Notes under the pieces: model-generated
Told to the model about the DNA's origin: nothing
The model's input: the letters and a program-made list of their open reading frames with translations, nothing else
The model's database searches: none
Program-made: the position numbers and the translations under genes
Shown here: piece after piece, positions 12,101-21,453 of the stretch
Layout: each line of letters starts with the position of its first letter
Numbering within the stretch: position 1 is the stretch's first letter
Assembly: GCA_965203295.1 (NCBI GenBank)
Contig: CBDBCZ010000011.1
Location: 96,001-160,000, forward strand
DNA: 64,000 nucleotides
Source of the DNA: Nitrospirales bacterium
GTDB lineage: Bacteria; Nitrospirota; Nitrospiria; Nitrospirales; UBA8639
Reading direction: 5' to 3'

Positions 12101-15100
12101 ACCACCCTTACATCCTTATCCACAATCATTTCCTCACAAAACACAACACCTGGCCCAAACTACAAACCTTCACAGGAACACTATACTCCCATCAAAATGC
12201 ACTTCGTTCCACAATTCCCACATTCATAAGCACAAACCAAGCAGAGCAATTCCTCACAACACCACACTGCCACTAACATGCACAACAAACAACCCACATC
12301 AACCATTACACAACACACTCAACGAAGTTGACAACACAAGACTACACTTTACCAAACACACCCACATAAACCTCCCTACCAAGAAGCTGCACACACAAGC
12401 ATCTCACAACATTCACAAAACTTCATATTACTCATCCATGCATAACCAAAATACTACCGAAGTCCCTATGCAAACTCCATATATATGACTCCACCATCAA
12501 TGAGTCACTAGTCCAACATGTATACATGCACAATCAACACTTTCAGCTACCTTCCACAACCTCCAATGTACGCATCTCACATATACATGTACACGATTGT
12601 GGTTGGTGTGGTTGGATAGATGTAGGGATGGTAGCTACGCAGTAAATGCATTGCAATGTGATGTGTGGGTAGTCTGCACATGCATTGCAGTGTGCATTGT
12701 TGCTTGTTTCATTGGTTTTTGGGGAAGAGTTTTTGGTGGAAGTGCATCCCTACATGACTTGTTTTGCACTTTTTGGCAAAGTATATACAGTTATAGTAAG
12801 AAGAACTATTATGTCTTAGTGCCTCTCTTTCAAGGCCTTTTAAGAAATGAAGAATTGAGCTAGCAATCACTTTCTAGGCATCTACATGGCTTTGAGGCTC
12901 TTGTATTTCACAACCTTCTTTAACTTCACTATGCAATGAACGCCATAGTACTCACAAGGTTCTAAATTTCCAGGGAACTAAACATGCGCAAACAGTGTGT
13001 ACCAGGGTCTTTCCTCCTCCATAAGAGCCTGGGCATAAGGCTGATGCATTAATTGTCAAGTACAGTGAAACCATCAGAGACAGTCCTAGCAAGCATTTGT
13101 CAACAAATGGCTATGTACATATTATACATTCATGAATGCAAATGTGGCATGGATGATGTCACCATGTAGCTATCAGCAAGTAATCTGATGCATAATTTTG
13201 CTACGGATTGATGAAGTGGTGTTTTTGCATGAAGATGAGTTGATATCGTTTGTCAAATCTATCTCACAAATATATAATAGACGGGAGCTGTTCTAAAAGA
13301 GATGCAAGTCGATGTTGATCGTTTGAAAAGCTGGTGTGAAAACCTGATGAATTTCATGAAAATTCTTCGTCAACAAGCTGGTGTTTATTCCCAGGAGTAC
13401 TTTCAGGTTTGCTGCATTATACGTAAATTATATCCTGAATTGTGTTTGCCCAATAATTGGGACACGTTCATTACAGCAAACCTGTAATATGTAAACAAAC
13501 CCATCATTATTTCATGGGAGTTATTGTACTAGAGGGGCCGCATTATTTAAACTTCACGAGTGGTGTAGCTCTCTAGTATTATAACAACTCCATGAAGACA
13601 ACCACTTATTGAAGCAAGTAATTAACACTGTAGACCCAATACCCCATATCCACACACCACAATCCATTTCCGCCAAGGGGAGGTCACTCCCTTAGACTGT
13701 AGTCACAACTGCAACTGCTGTCGGTCAATGGTCAACGCTCAAAAGGGTGTGGTTAAAGTGTGCTCAGCAATGGCAGGACACAGTCTATGGTGTAGAATGG
13801 ACATTGCAGGCTTTTAGGAAACTCCCTCATACAACCGATGGTCAAAATTGCACAGTAGTCGAAGGTCAACAGTTAAAAAATCAGCGTGGTCAACAGTCAA
13901 ACCACTATAAAGAGCTGGTCAAAACTTTGATCCACGGTCGCAGTTGTGACTACAGAGTCTATGGGAGCGACCCCCCCCCCCCTTTTCTCAGCAGCAGTAT
14001 ATATTTACAGCTGTTCACAATGCAGACAGCTGATTAAAACATACATTTGACCAACAGCAAAGTTTATGAATAAAAAGTGGAGTAGGTAACTGATGATTGG
14101 CTACCAAGTATATTCGGACGTGCTAGTGTAGAGCATGGATTTTTGATTGACCCTTTGCTCTTCAAAATGAAAGTGCAAAGGGCAGCACAGTGGTACAAAT
14201 CTGAAGTTTATGTGGGTCCATAACATGTGATGAGCAAACAGTTATGAGGATAGTCTTCTCCAAACTACTTGTGGTTGAGGAGGAAGTATTTATAACTGTT
14301 GTAAGGCAGAAAATGTGGTAAGTGTTGACTCAAGATCTCACATGGGAGGAGGTGTCTGCTGTTGTTAGGAAATTGAAGAATGGCATCGGGGTGAGACAAC
14401 CTTGTGGCTGAGGAGTATGACTTTCTTATTTTAAGTCTGCTGGAAGTTTGGTGTGGTCCCCAAGAGTTATAGGGAATTTCCCTACTATCTGTTACATTTT
14501 TTGCACTATCTTGTCCAGCTTGAATTGATTAGGTGAGTTTATAAGGCTCAGAATGGGTTTTGGAAGGATAGATCCTGCCTGAAACACATATTTGTTATAT
14601 CCAGTCTGGTAGACACCTGTAAGTGAATTGGGTGAACACTTTGTCAAAAAAGTATCATATGTTTTGCCACAAATCTATTGCAGAATGTGAAACTCAGGAA
14701 AGCTTTATTATGAGTTTACTGAGTCTAAAGGCGGTGTCAGCTTTTATTACATTGTAATGTAATGTCTCAAAAACTAGTATTATTATGTTGCCTGGTTTTC
14801 AAGATAGAGAGAAATAAAGGTGTTCCCCTAAAAATTATTATACTGAGCTTTTAGCGAATGAAAATCTGCTCTACATATCTCGTCACGTAGTCTATAATAT
14901 CCATGGTCTTTATCACTGTATTTTGTTATTTTGTATTTCAGTGCACGTGCTGCCTACCAGATGATGTTTTGCCAGAATCCCCTGCTTCAGCAGACCCTAC
15001 GACAAAACAGGCAAATATGCATTAGCATGTTACAGTTTTTGTCATGTAATATGGCCTATGTTCATCACGGGCATACAAGTATGCCTGTGACATGAATTGT

Positions 15101-16244
15101 TATGTGATAGACAAAATAGTATACAAAATTGTGTACAGTTTACTTAGAATGTGATGTGTAGCAAGTGTCACCACGATGGCTGGTGTAAATACGATAGGTA
15201 AGAGTTGCAAATGTGAAAGAAATTGCCATGGAATTTGTTGACTGAAGGTTACTGTACATGCACTGTACAGGTGCATGCCGTTGCATATATCAGGTAATCA
15301 TTTTTGAACGTGTGATGATTAGGCAACACAATCAAGCAGTTTATTCAGATCAATTTCATCAATTGTTTACGGAATCAGAACTTTTTGTCAAAATCTTTAT
15401 CATTATCATTACAATTTGTCATTGCTGTTTGATTGTGCTGTCTACATGCACAGCTCAAGTATTAAGCTGCCTGATGTGTCATGGTCATGAATATTGGTAC
15501 CTTTGCTGTGTTAGATAATACATTACCTCACAATAGCTACAACAACCTAATAAATTCTCAACTCTATGGTGTTTTCCTTACAGAGTTCACAAGCAGAACT
15601 ACCTCATGTTGCTTCATCAGAATTCCCTGCTTCAGCAGTTCCTACAGCAAACAAGGCAAATATGCACTAAGCATGTTACAAATTTGTCATGTATGTTTGA
15701 CTAGTGTAGTGTTCATTAGCTCTATACAAGCATACCTGTAACATGCATTGTAGTGATAGACATACTAGTAGACTATTCACTTAAATTAGCTGATATTTGA
15801 GACTCTCTAAGTTGCTATATGGAATGCTGCTGGGACGCAAGCTGATGTGCAGTGTCTTTTACATTTTCATCACTCACAATTGAGGTGTGTATGCTTACCA
15901 CACAGTGGAGACTGTGCATATGCCATGGGAAGTCGTTACTTCTGTCCCTCATTCTCAGCCTGATTTTTCTTATTTATGCTAGCACAAAAATCAATAATGT
16001 GAATTAACATTTGTGATTATCACTCTATTCCGTGCAACTCTACCATACACATGTACATCATTATTTGTTTAATTTTTCTGTAATCATCCTTCTATGACTG
16101 ATATGTACACTCAATAAAATAAAATTAATCACTGTAGTTTAATAGTTTTAAAAGTGTTTTAACAAGGATATTGTCTTGTATCTACAGAGGCAGAATGTCC
16201 AGGATGTCTCTGTTTATAGTCACTCTGATGCAATAATGGGAAGA
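188..16244 (+). CDS. 3' part of a multi-exon gene, probable paralog of the dynamin-like GTPase genes downstream (helical C-terminal region only)
   Basis: Phase-compatible AG/GT exons read by eye: 188-241, 598-666, 2570-2599, 3092-3130, 10086-10121 (all phase 2-2), 10335-10407 (2-0; VECDNEVNQILCTYFDQLQPAIIR), 10547-10663 (FFFNQYYRDYVVHGLEDFSKRLTKEERQ...), 13281-13406 (TGAVLKEMQVDVDRLKSWCENLMNF...), and tentatively 14942-15010, 15584-15655, 16188-16244. The 2-0/0-0/0 exon series mirrors 28532-28607, 28684-28779, 28845-28997 of the next gene. No GTPase domain in the window, so paralogy is inferred. Confidence 0.45.
855..1361. repeat. non-autonomous repeat/MITE fragment with GGACCA/TGGTCC-rich subrepeats
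   Basis: Clusters of ggaccaaattt/aaattggtcc motifs at 860-935 and 1240-1361, ending ...ccagtgacagg. No coding capacity. Confidence 0.4.
2286..3260 (+). repeat. diverged ~570-bp tandem duplication containing a duplicated micro-exon
   Basis: 2286-2780 aligns with 2855-3260 (e.g. aatgttgtatgt.gtggatt.tggtagctatgtgtgtg; gatgaggctgaaaggtttg; gaaatacacgtggtatggat). Confidence 0.85.
3400..4925 (-). mobile_element. Penelope-like retroelement (RT + GIY-YIG endonuclease), 5'-truncated and frameshifted
   Basis: Minus-strand RT motifs SPTYHLAKY, VMVSFDVKSLFTN, GAAMGSPVSP, YVDD, IPFLD. At ~3560-3740 a GIY-YIG segment reads CSCGKVYIGETKRTLETRMKEH...KSAIAGH. Stops and frameshifts are present. Confidence 0.9.
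4926..5601 (-). mobile_element. decayed Ty3/Gypsy LTR retrotransposon remnant (gag C-terminus + protease region)
   Basis: Minus strand reads LTKADLTLTKAYTTAQYME (gag), then degenerate MDT..GAS, RTYTGE and GPNPG segments typical of the Gypsy protease region. It continues the gag fragment at 9297-9800 across the DIRS insertion. Confidence 0.65.
6089..6191. repeat. DIRS internal complementary region (ICR)
   Basis: 6089-6165 is the near-perfect reverse complement of 5602-5678. 6159-6191 is the reverse complement of 9264-9296. The two halves overlap at TACAATT (6159-6165). Confidence 0.95.
6201..7328 (-). CDS. DIRS tyrosine recombinase (phage-integrase family)
   Basis: Uninterrupted 375-aa ORF: SAM-like N-domain (SWRKGTAKSYDSAWRRW...TYRSAIS), catalytic R (DRASDL), K (TKT), HSTR, W (ADWS) and Y (FQRFYYK). 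True start uncertain. Confidence 0.9.
   Translation of the reverse strand: MVPPFVVNAEQRSGDPAILPGPTTESSAGTTPPDPEPSPCSSRVAHIRNTLSNQGISQESADIICKSWRKGTAKSYDSAWRRWVSWCDQRSVDPFSASLADIVQFLTDLHVEGKEYSTVNTYRSAISMSHVSVGGVVVGKHPTVCRLMQGIFNSRPPKPKYKSVWDVDVVVTYIRSMEPSEQLSIEDLSWKLVALMALTNSDRASDLHALDLKYRRYSAEGMTFEIPGLTKTRRSGPPRQAFYSSFAEKKVCPVDTLRHYERKTAGFRSDGDEKIPLFISFYKPYKPVRPATISRWIKNMLAKAGVDANFKAHSTRAASTSAAKNRGVATKDILCAADWSRESTFQRFYYKPVQHAFGKAILQAASAGENLLLGL
7010..8262 (-). pseudogene. DIRS pol remnant: RT thumb, RNase H and Dam-like methyltransferase domain
   Basis: MTLSLPMEKIDKIQKEC...APLHYRAL*, LQWW, ESDASKKGWGA, HIN*LELKA, AEHLPGRLNRVADFESR, IDLFAS, YAFPP. In-frame stops at ~8092 and ~7828 and a frameshift near 7700. 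No YLDD core. Confidence 0.85.
8263..8883 (-). CDS. DIRS gag-like ORF1, N-terminal part
   Basis: First ORF after the 5' ITR. Pro/Ala/Gly-rich N-terminus, then basic (KRARY) and acidic (DSDESEDEEDD) segments. Runs directly into pol sequence at ~8260. Confidence 0.6.
9297..9800 (-). mobile_element. decayed Ty3/Gypsy gag N-terminus
   Basis: Across frameshifts the minus strand reads MGSKVGQVEQ..DDW..VEQYFVA..FLTLIG..TVAQVLAEL..LTEQC..LEE..IVCGL..NEAI, the usual Gypsy gag signature. A 26-bp tandem duplication lies at ~9314-9366. Confidence 0.65.
11121..11172 (+). repeat. (TTCTGA)n microsatellite, ~8.5 units
   Basis: Directly visible perfect hexamer array. Confidence 0.95.
11820..12782. repeat. 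~190-bp inverted repeat pair with ~580-bp CA-rich spacer
   Basis: 11820-12013 (actttgccaaaaagtgcaaaaacaagtcatgtag...) is the near reverse complement of 12590-12782 (...catgacttgttttgcactttttggcaaagt). Confidence 0.9.
13682..13972. mobile_element. MITE with ~35-bp terminal inverted repeats
   Basis: ggtcactcccttagactgtagtcacaactgc at the left vs gcagttgtgactacagagtctatgggagcgacc at the right. Internal ggtcaa subrepeats. No clear TSD. Confidence 0.7.
14180..14835 (+). mobile_element. highly decayed LINE reverse-transcriptase fragment
   Basis: Traces of LTWEEVSAVVRKLKNG, YR.ISL, QNGFWKDRSCLKHIFV and a GCP-like segment, across frameshifts. Confidence 0.6.
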
Positions 16245-16975
16245 GTAAGGATATATTGGGCTTTTGAGAGAAAAGAAAGAAAACAAACTGGTGAGATAAT
16301 ATTGTTTGTTCTATTTAAATAACTGTAATTGTATTGGTTCTTTGTCGTAAATATGCATACATAGCTAAGTGCATGTAGCGTGAGTAATCAATATTCAAAT
16401 TCAAGTAAAATTGTCATGCAATAGCACCAAATTAGTGATAAGTTGGTAAACGTTACTTGATAATACAGAAAATCACTCCCATCAGTCTGGTATAAAACTA
16501 AACCGCTGGCAGATATGGAACTTCAACCAGGAAGTACCCATGCTCATTAATTCATGGTTGGCCGCATGAGCAATATTGCTGACATAATCATTTAAACTAT
16601 AGCCTCGAGTAGGTCAGAAGATTCATTACTGTGATTCCCAGATGTAGGTACGGAAGTACTACCTATAACTGTCTATTGGTCAGCTAAGAATGGGCTGGCT
16701 AGTGTCGATACTAAGTCACCATCAAGGCAGAAATCCCTTAATGTGGCAGGATAGCTCATGAGAAATACTTTCAATAGTCACAATGCACTTAGAGCAACAG
16801 CTCATCACCTTACAGCTTGTTCTTGCAAGTTACAGCCATACAAAAGCACTCATGACGGCTGGATGGCTACACATGCATGCTAACTAAGAGTACTACAGGC
16901 TTGTACGCACCGAGATGCATGTGCTACACCCACACAGAAATGCTTAACTTTGAACTCAAATTTGGGGTCTGAAAA

Positions 16976-17094
16976 TAGCTTCTACCCAGACCTTACCTCA
17001 CATCTTATTCACAACCGTGGAAAAAAGTGTCGGTAAGCCGCGCTTTTTCCATAGTTGTGGGAAAAGATGGAATTAAAACCTGGGTACGAGGCTA
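16976..17094. mobile_element. short TAG...CTA MITE with 9-bp TSD (one mismatch)
   Basis: Termini tagcttctacccag / ctgggtacgaggcta. Flanks gtctgaaaa (16967-16975) and ggctgaaaa (17095-17103). Confidence 0.65.
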
Positions 17095-17382
17095 GGCTGA
17101 AAACATTTTTTTACCAGCCGGAGCACGCGCAGCGCGCGAAAGGCTGGTACTAAGATTGCTTTACGTTTTCTGCGTCTGTTTGTTTGTGTGTGCGTCTGCA
17201 CTTATCACGTGCGCAATATATTACGTCATACAATACTATGCAACTGCAGTGTATAGCAGCTTTTGGAGGTTTGCAGGCCAAGCTACAGCAAATGAAGGTA
17301 GTTTTGTGTTGCTTAGATGGCGAAAACGTAGTAGGTAGCCGTAAAGATCCTGGTTTCTTGGCATATAGCTACTAACTGGAGG

Positions 17383-17799
17383 TAGTCTCGCGGGCCAGAC
17401 TAACTTTTCGCCGCCTCCGTGGGAAAAGTAAGTCTGGCCATCCGCTTATTCCATTTTGGTGCAAGTGCGCCGGAATGCTGGCGCATTGTTCTTTTGCAAT
17501 TAAACGCGTGACGTCACGTACAATGAAATTCCGTTTCCGGAAGCGCGCTAGCTAGCTGCTGATTTCGCTGTTGACTGAGCGATTCGGGCTGGTTATCTCA
17601 AACTAGCCTCTTACCAGGCTTCGAAAAGAACGAGAGCAAGCCGTGTAAGACTGGTTTGTGTTCGCCTGTGACGTCACCAATTAGCATTCAAACTACGTGA
17701 TGTACAAATAATTGTAAATACCATGCACAAAAACGTGATAAGCGGACGACCAGACTATACTTTTCCCACGGCGAAAAGTTAGTCTGGCCCGCGAGACTA
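17383..17799. mobile_element. 417-bp MITE, TAG...CTA termini, perfect 9-bp TSD
   Basis: 31-bp perfect TIR tagtctcgcgggccagactaacttttcgccg / cggcgaaaagttagtctggcccgcgagacta, extending imperfectly to ~80 bp. TSD aactggagg at 17374-17382 and 17800-17808. Confidence 0.95.
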
Positions 17800-18699
17800 A
17801 ACTGGAGGTGCATGACGAAACTGCTGAGTCAGCACTTTCGCTGTACTGCTCTAGGAATATAGTATCTCTGGCTCTACAGCTGTGGTTTAGTAGCTTGGTC
17901 TATGCTGAGTTGTGTGTATTGTACGGGAAAGGCATCCAGCTGTTTTTTTAGACATGAAATGTCAGACTTGTTATTCCCCAGATTACAGGGAACATGATTG
18001 TTTGCATTCTATACCACTTGCATGAAGTAATTCACATGAAGGAACAAGTGGTATTAGGTGTCAAGGTTCTCATAGACTTTCCACCAATTTGATCATAAAA
18101 TGGAAGGCTGGAAAAGGGGAGTAGGCAAGATCTGCCATTAGAAGAGCTGTGGAAAACATCTTTTGGGAAAAACAGTCATTTTCGCTCAGAAATTCTCCTA
18201 GTTGCCTTACAAGTATTTCTCATGTTTAACCTCTGGATCTGAATTGACATTGTAATCACTTCAGCCCTCTTAAGAAAGAAAAACAAAAGGAGATAGCTAG
18301 CCGATTTGTCCAATGTGACACTGCAGCAGTGGTCTGTAGTAAGGCTAAAAGTCTTTTTACTGCACTGGGAGTACCTGGTAGAGTTCATAAAGTCCTCTGA
18401 CTACAGATGAAGCAGAGTTCTGAACGTATGATTTTAATTGTACATGTTAATTGCATGCCTCCCCCCCCCCCACACACACACCCGTGTGATCTCTGTATAC
18501 ATGCAAGTAGTTCTTGATATGTGACTACTAGTATGTATGTGTGAGCTCAAAGAAACAGAAGTGTATTGTTGATGCATTATGTATTGTGAGCGTGAAGAAA
18601 CCGTAGGTAAATATGACCGGCAATAACAAGCTTGGGGGGTCAACCGTGAGGTATTTAAAGTTAAAGTGAGAAGCGAAGAAACACTACAAAAAGGTGTTG

Positions 18700-21260
18700 T
18701 TTTGCAGTCCCAGCAGATAATACCACTGTCTGTGATATTTTAGCCAATTGGAGCGACCTCAACAAGTCGTAGAAGTTTGCCAAAACACCAACCCGACCGG
18801 ATTTTTTTTGTACCATGGTGCCCTGTTCAAGCATTGTCCCTACCATGCACTTCAGCCAACCATCTTTTCACCATCATCCATTTTTTCATCCTCTCACTCA
18901 ACCTCTGTGCACACTCCAAAAAATTACATTTGTGTCTACTAAGGGTGCGTCTGTTGTTGATTATACTCTTATCCCAGCTGTGAACTTTGACAGATTCTAG
19001 TATACATTATTATAACTGACACAATCATCAACCTCAGGGAATCCTTAGACAGGATGATATCTGATCAAAGTGGGCATACAAGTTGAAACCAGTTTTAGCC
19101 CAGCTTAGAAGATACCATGCACTTCAGCCAACCATCTTTTCACCATCATTTGTTTTTTTAATCCTCTCACTCAACCTCTGTGCACACTCCAATAAATTAC
19201 ATCTGTGTCTACTAAAGGTGCGTCTGTTGTTGGTTATACTCTTATCCCAGCTGGGAACTTTGACAGATTCTAGTATACATTATTATAACTGACAAAATCA
19301 TCAACCTCAGGGAATCCTTAGACAGGATGATATCTGATCAAAGTGGGCATACAAGTTGAAACCAGTTTTAGCCCAGCTTAGAAGATATGGTCAACACATA
19401 ATCCAACACCTCGTCTCCATAATGAAAAGGTACCAGGTGATTATCTTACTAACCCCACGATTTTGAATCTATAGTCATTTTGTATCGATAGTGAAGCTGC
19501 TGAAACAAACATTGACCATATATATAACACTTTTTGCTTGAATGAATCACCAGCCGGTGCTAGGAAATCTGTAAAATGAGGAAAGGCAAGCAGTGGTGGG
19601 ATGATGAGTTGAAACAATCTAGACTGTAGTATGGTTAAAAACAATACAAACTCAAAACCACTTATGTGGCAACACAAAAAAAGATTTGATAGAAAAAAAG
19701 AGAGAGTTAAACAGGATGCAAAGGTTCTTAAACTGCTCTCGAGACAATTTTGGTGAGATATAAGAAGCTTAGGTACAGGTAAGCCCACAAACATACCGGC
19801 TGAGGTAAAACTAGAAGATGGGAGCATTTGTCTGATAAAGAGGTTGTTCTGTTTAAGTGGTATAATTTTCCCTTAAACAATGATCATTTAGCTAGTTAGC
19901 AGCTCACTGTACAACTTGATCCGGACTGGGGTGGCATTCACTCTGTTAAACTTAATGTGCAAATTACCAGAGAGGAGGTTGAGTCTGCTCTTGCACCCCA
20001 GGCATAAACCAATTGGGGTAGTTAGTTTCAACCTTATTTATCTCAATCATGAGGCCCTAAGTACCGTTTTAGTAGCTATTATTCTTCAACCACTGCTTCT
20101 TATCTGCAATGTGTCCTGGAAAAGAGCTATAATTTTCTCTATTCCTATAGGCAGAATAACAAGCAGAATCCTTTAATTGGCATTAGTTTGCCAGTGTGCA
20201 GTCTTGAAGCTTTCAGTGCTCTTTGACCTACAGAATGGCTTCAGACCCAACAGGTCCTGTCAAGAGTACATTATCACTCTTTATAACATTGCCATAATTA
20301 AAATTGGAAGTTGAATGGTAAAGGCACCAGTCCTTCTGTTGCATTGTAGACATTTGAAAGGCTTTTGATAGTGTAGACAGAAAAATCTTCTGGCAAACAC
20401 TTCTACAAAATGGAGTACATGCATGACCCTTTTCTAAACACCCTTAAGTGTACGTACGCAGGATTTGAATGTGCAGTACAGGTAGATGGTTACTGTACAC
20501 ATTGGTTTAATGTCAGTAATGGAGTTCAAAAAATAGCTGCTACATACCCTCAGAAATATGACATTATTTTAGTTGTGCACAAAGACTGGTATTTAAATTT
20601 AATAAACGACGACCACAATCTTCATTTTTTAAAATGTGGGAATGATCTTATACAATATTATCAAGTACTTAGAACTGCGTGTGGATTAATCTATACCTTG
20701 ACACTAAAGAAATGGTTGGCAGAGTAAACTTAGCTGCTTGTCGTGCATTAAGTTGTTTAATAAGTAAAGCCAAGGCATCGGGTGTACTTACGTAGTTATA
20801 ACACTTACACATGACACTTTGGTAGCTTCTGTTATAGTTGTTTATGGGGATCTGAACATTACAATGCATTAGGAGTAACCCAGATAATGCCCTGAGATTC
20901 TTCCTTGGAATTGGTAGGAGCCATCCCATTATTGTCCTTTAAGGAGACAAGGGTTTTGGATCCCTGTAGGATCAGTACATTAAATGAACCCGTTCTCAGA
21001 ATCAAAAACCCAAATATTGTGATTAAAAAGGTGTTTGCCTGGTCAATGAGACTTGCTTGAAGATTAGGCATTTTCAGATTCCTAAGGTTCCCCTGGAGTG
21101 CCAGGTCTGTCTGGTTTGCATTATAGATATCACGGAGGTCATTTTGTTATGGTCTGTAATCAACTGAAACCAATTTTAAGAAATAAATAACTATATTATA
21201 TTACACTAACATACCCTTTTTTCATGCACCTAAACCCTTTTAACATGTCAGAACTTAATT
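18700..21260 (+). mobile_element. old, deleted copy of the APE-RT LINE family present at 42480-46785
   Basis: Colinear similarity to the reverse complement of 42600-46770 (e.g. agccaattggagc, TKGASVVDY, ccaacacctcgtctccataa, cagaatggcttcagacccaacaggtcctgtcaagag). Many deletions and stops. Internal ~280-bp tandem duplication at 18833-19112/19113-19387. May extend 5' to ~18.1 kb. Confidence 0.85.
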
Positions 21261-21453
21261 CTAAATGCTTTAATGTTTACTCATGAGGTATGCAGTCACT
21301 CACATACTGGTATAAGCCATATTATGTTATTTTAATGGACATGTCATTTTTGTTGCTTGCACTCAGGTATCTCTCCCACTTCCAGTAATGTATGATTTGG
21401 TCCTAGAGTGCTAATTATTGCTGGTATCAGACTTGTTGTACCTTTTTTCACAG

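Noticed and set aside
11599..12276. His/Thr/Pro-rich ORFs
   Set aside because: By-product of the CA-rich low-complexity tract, with overlapping open frames and no splice or motif support.
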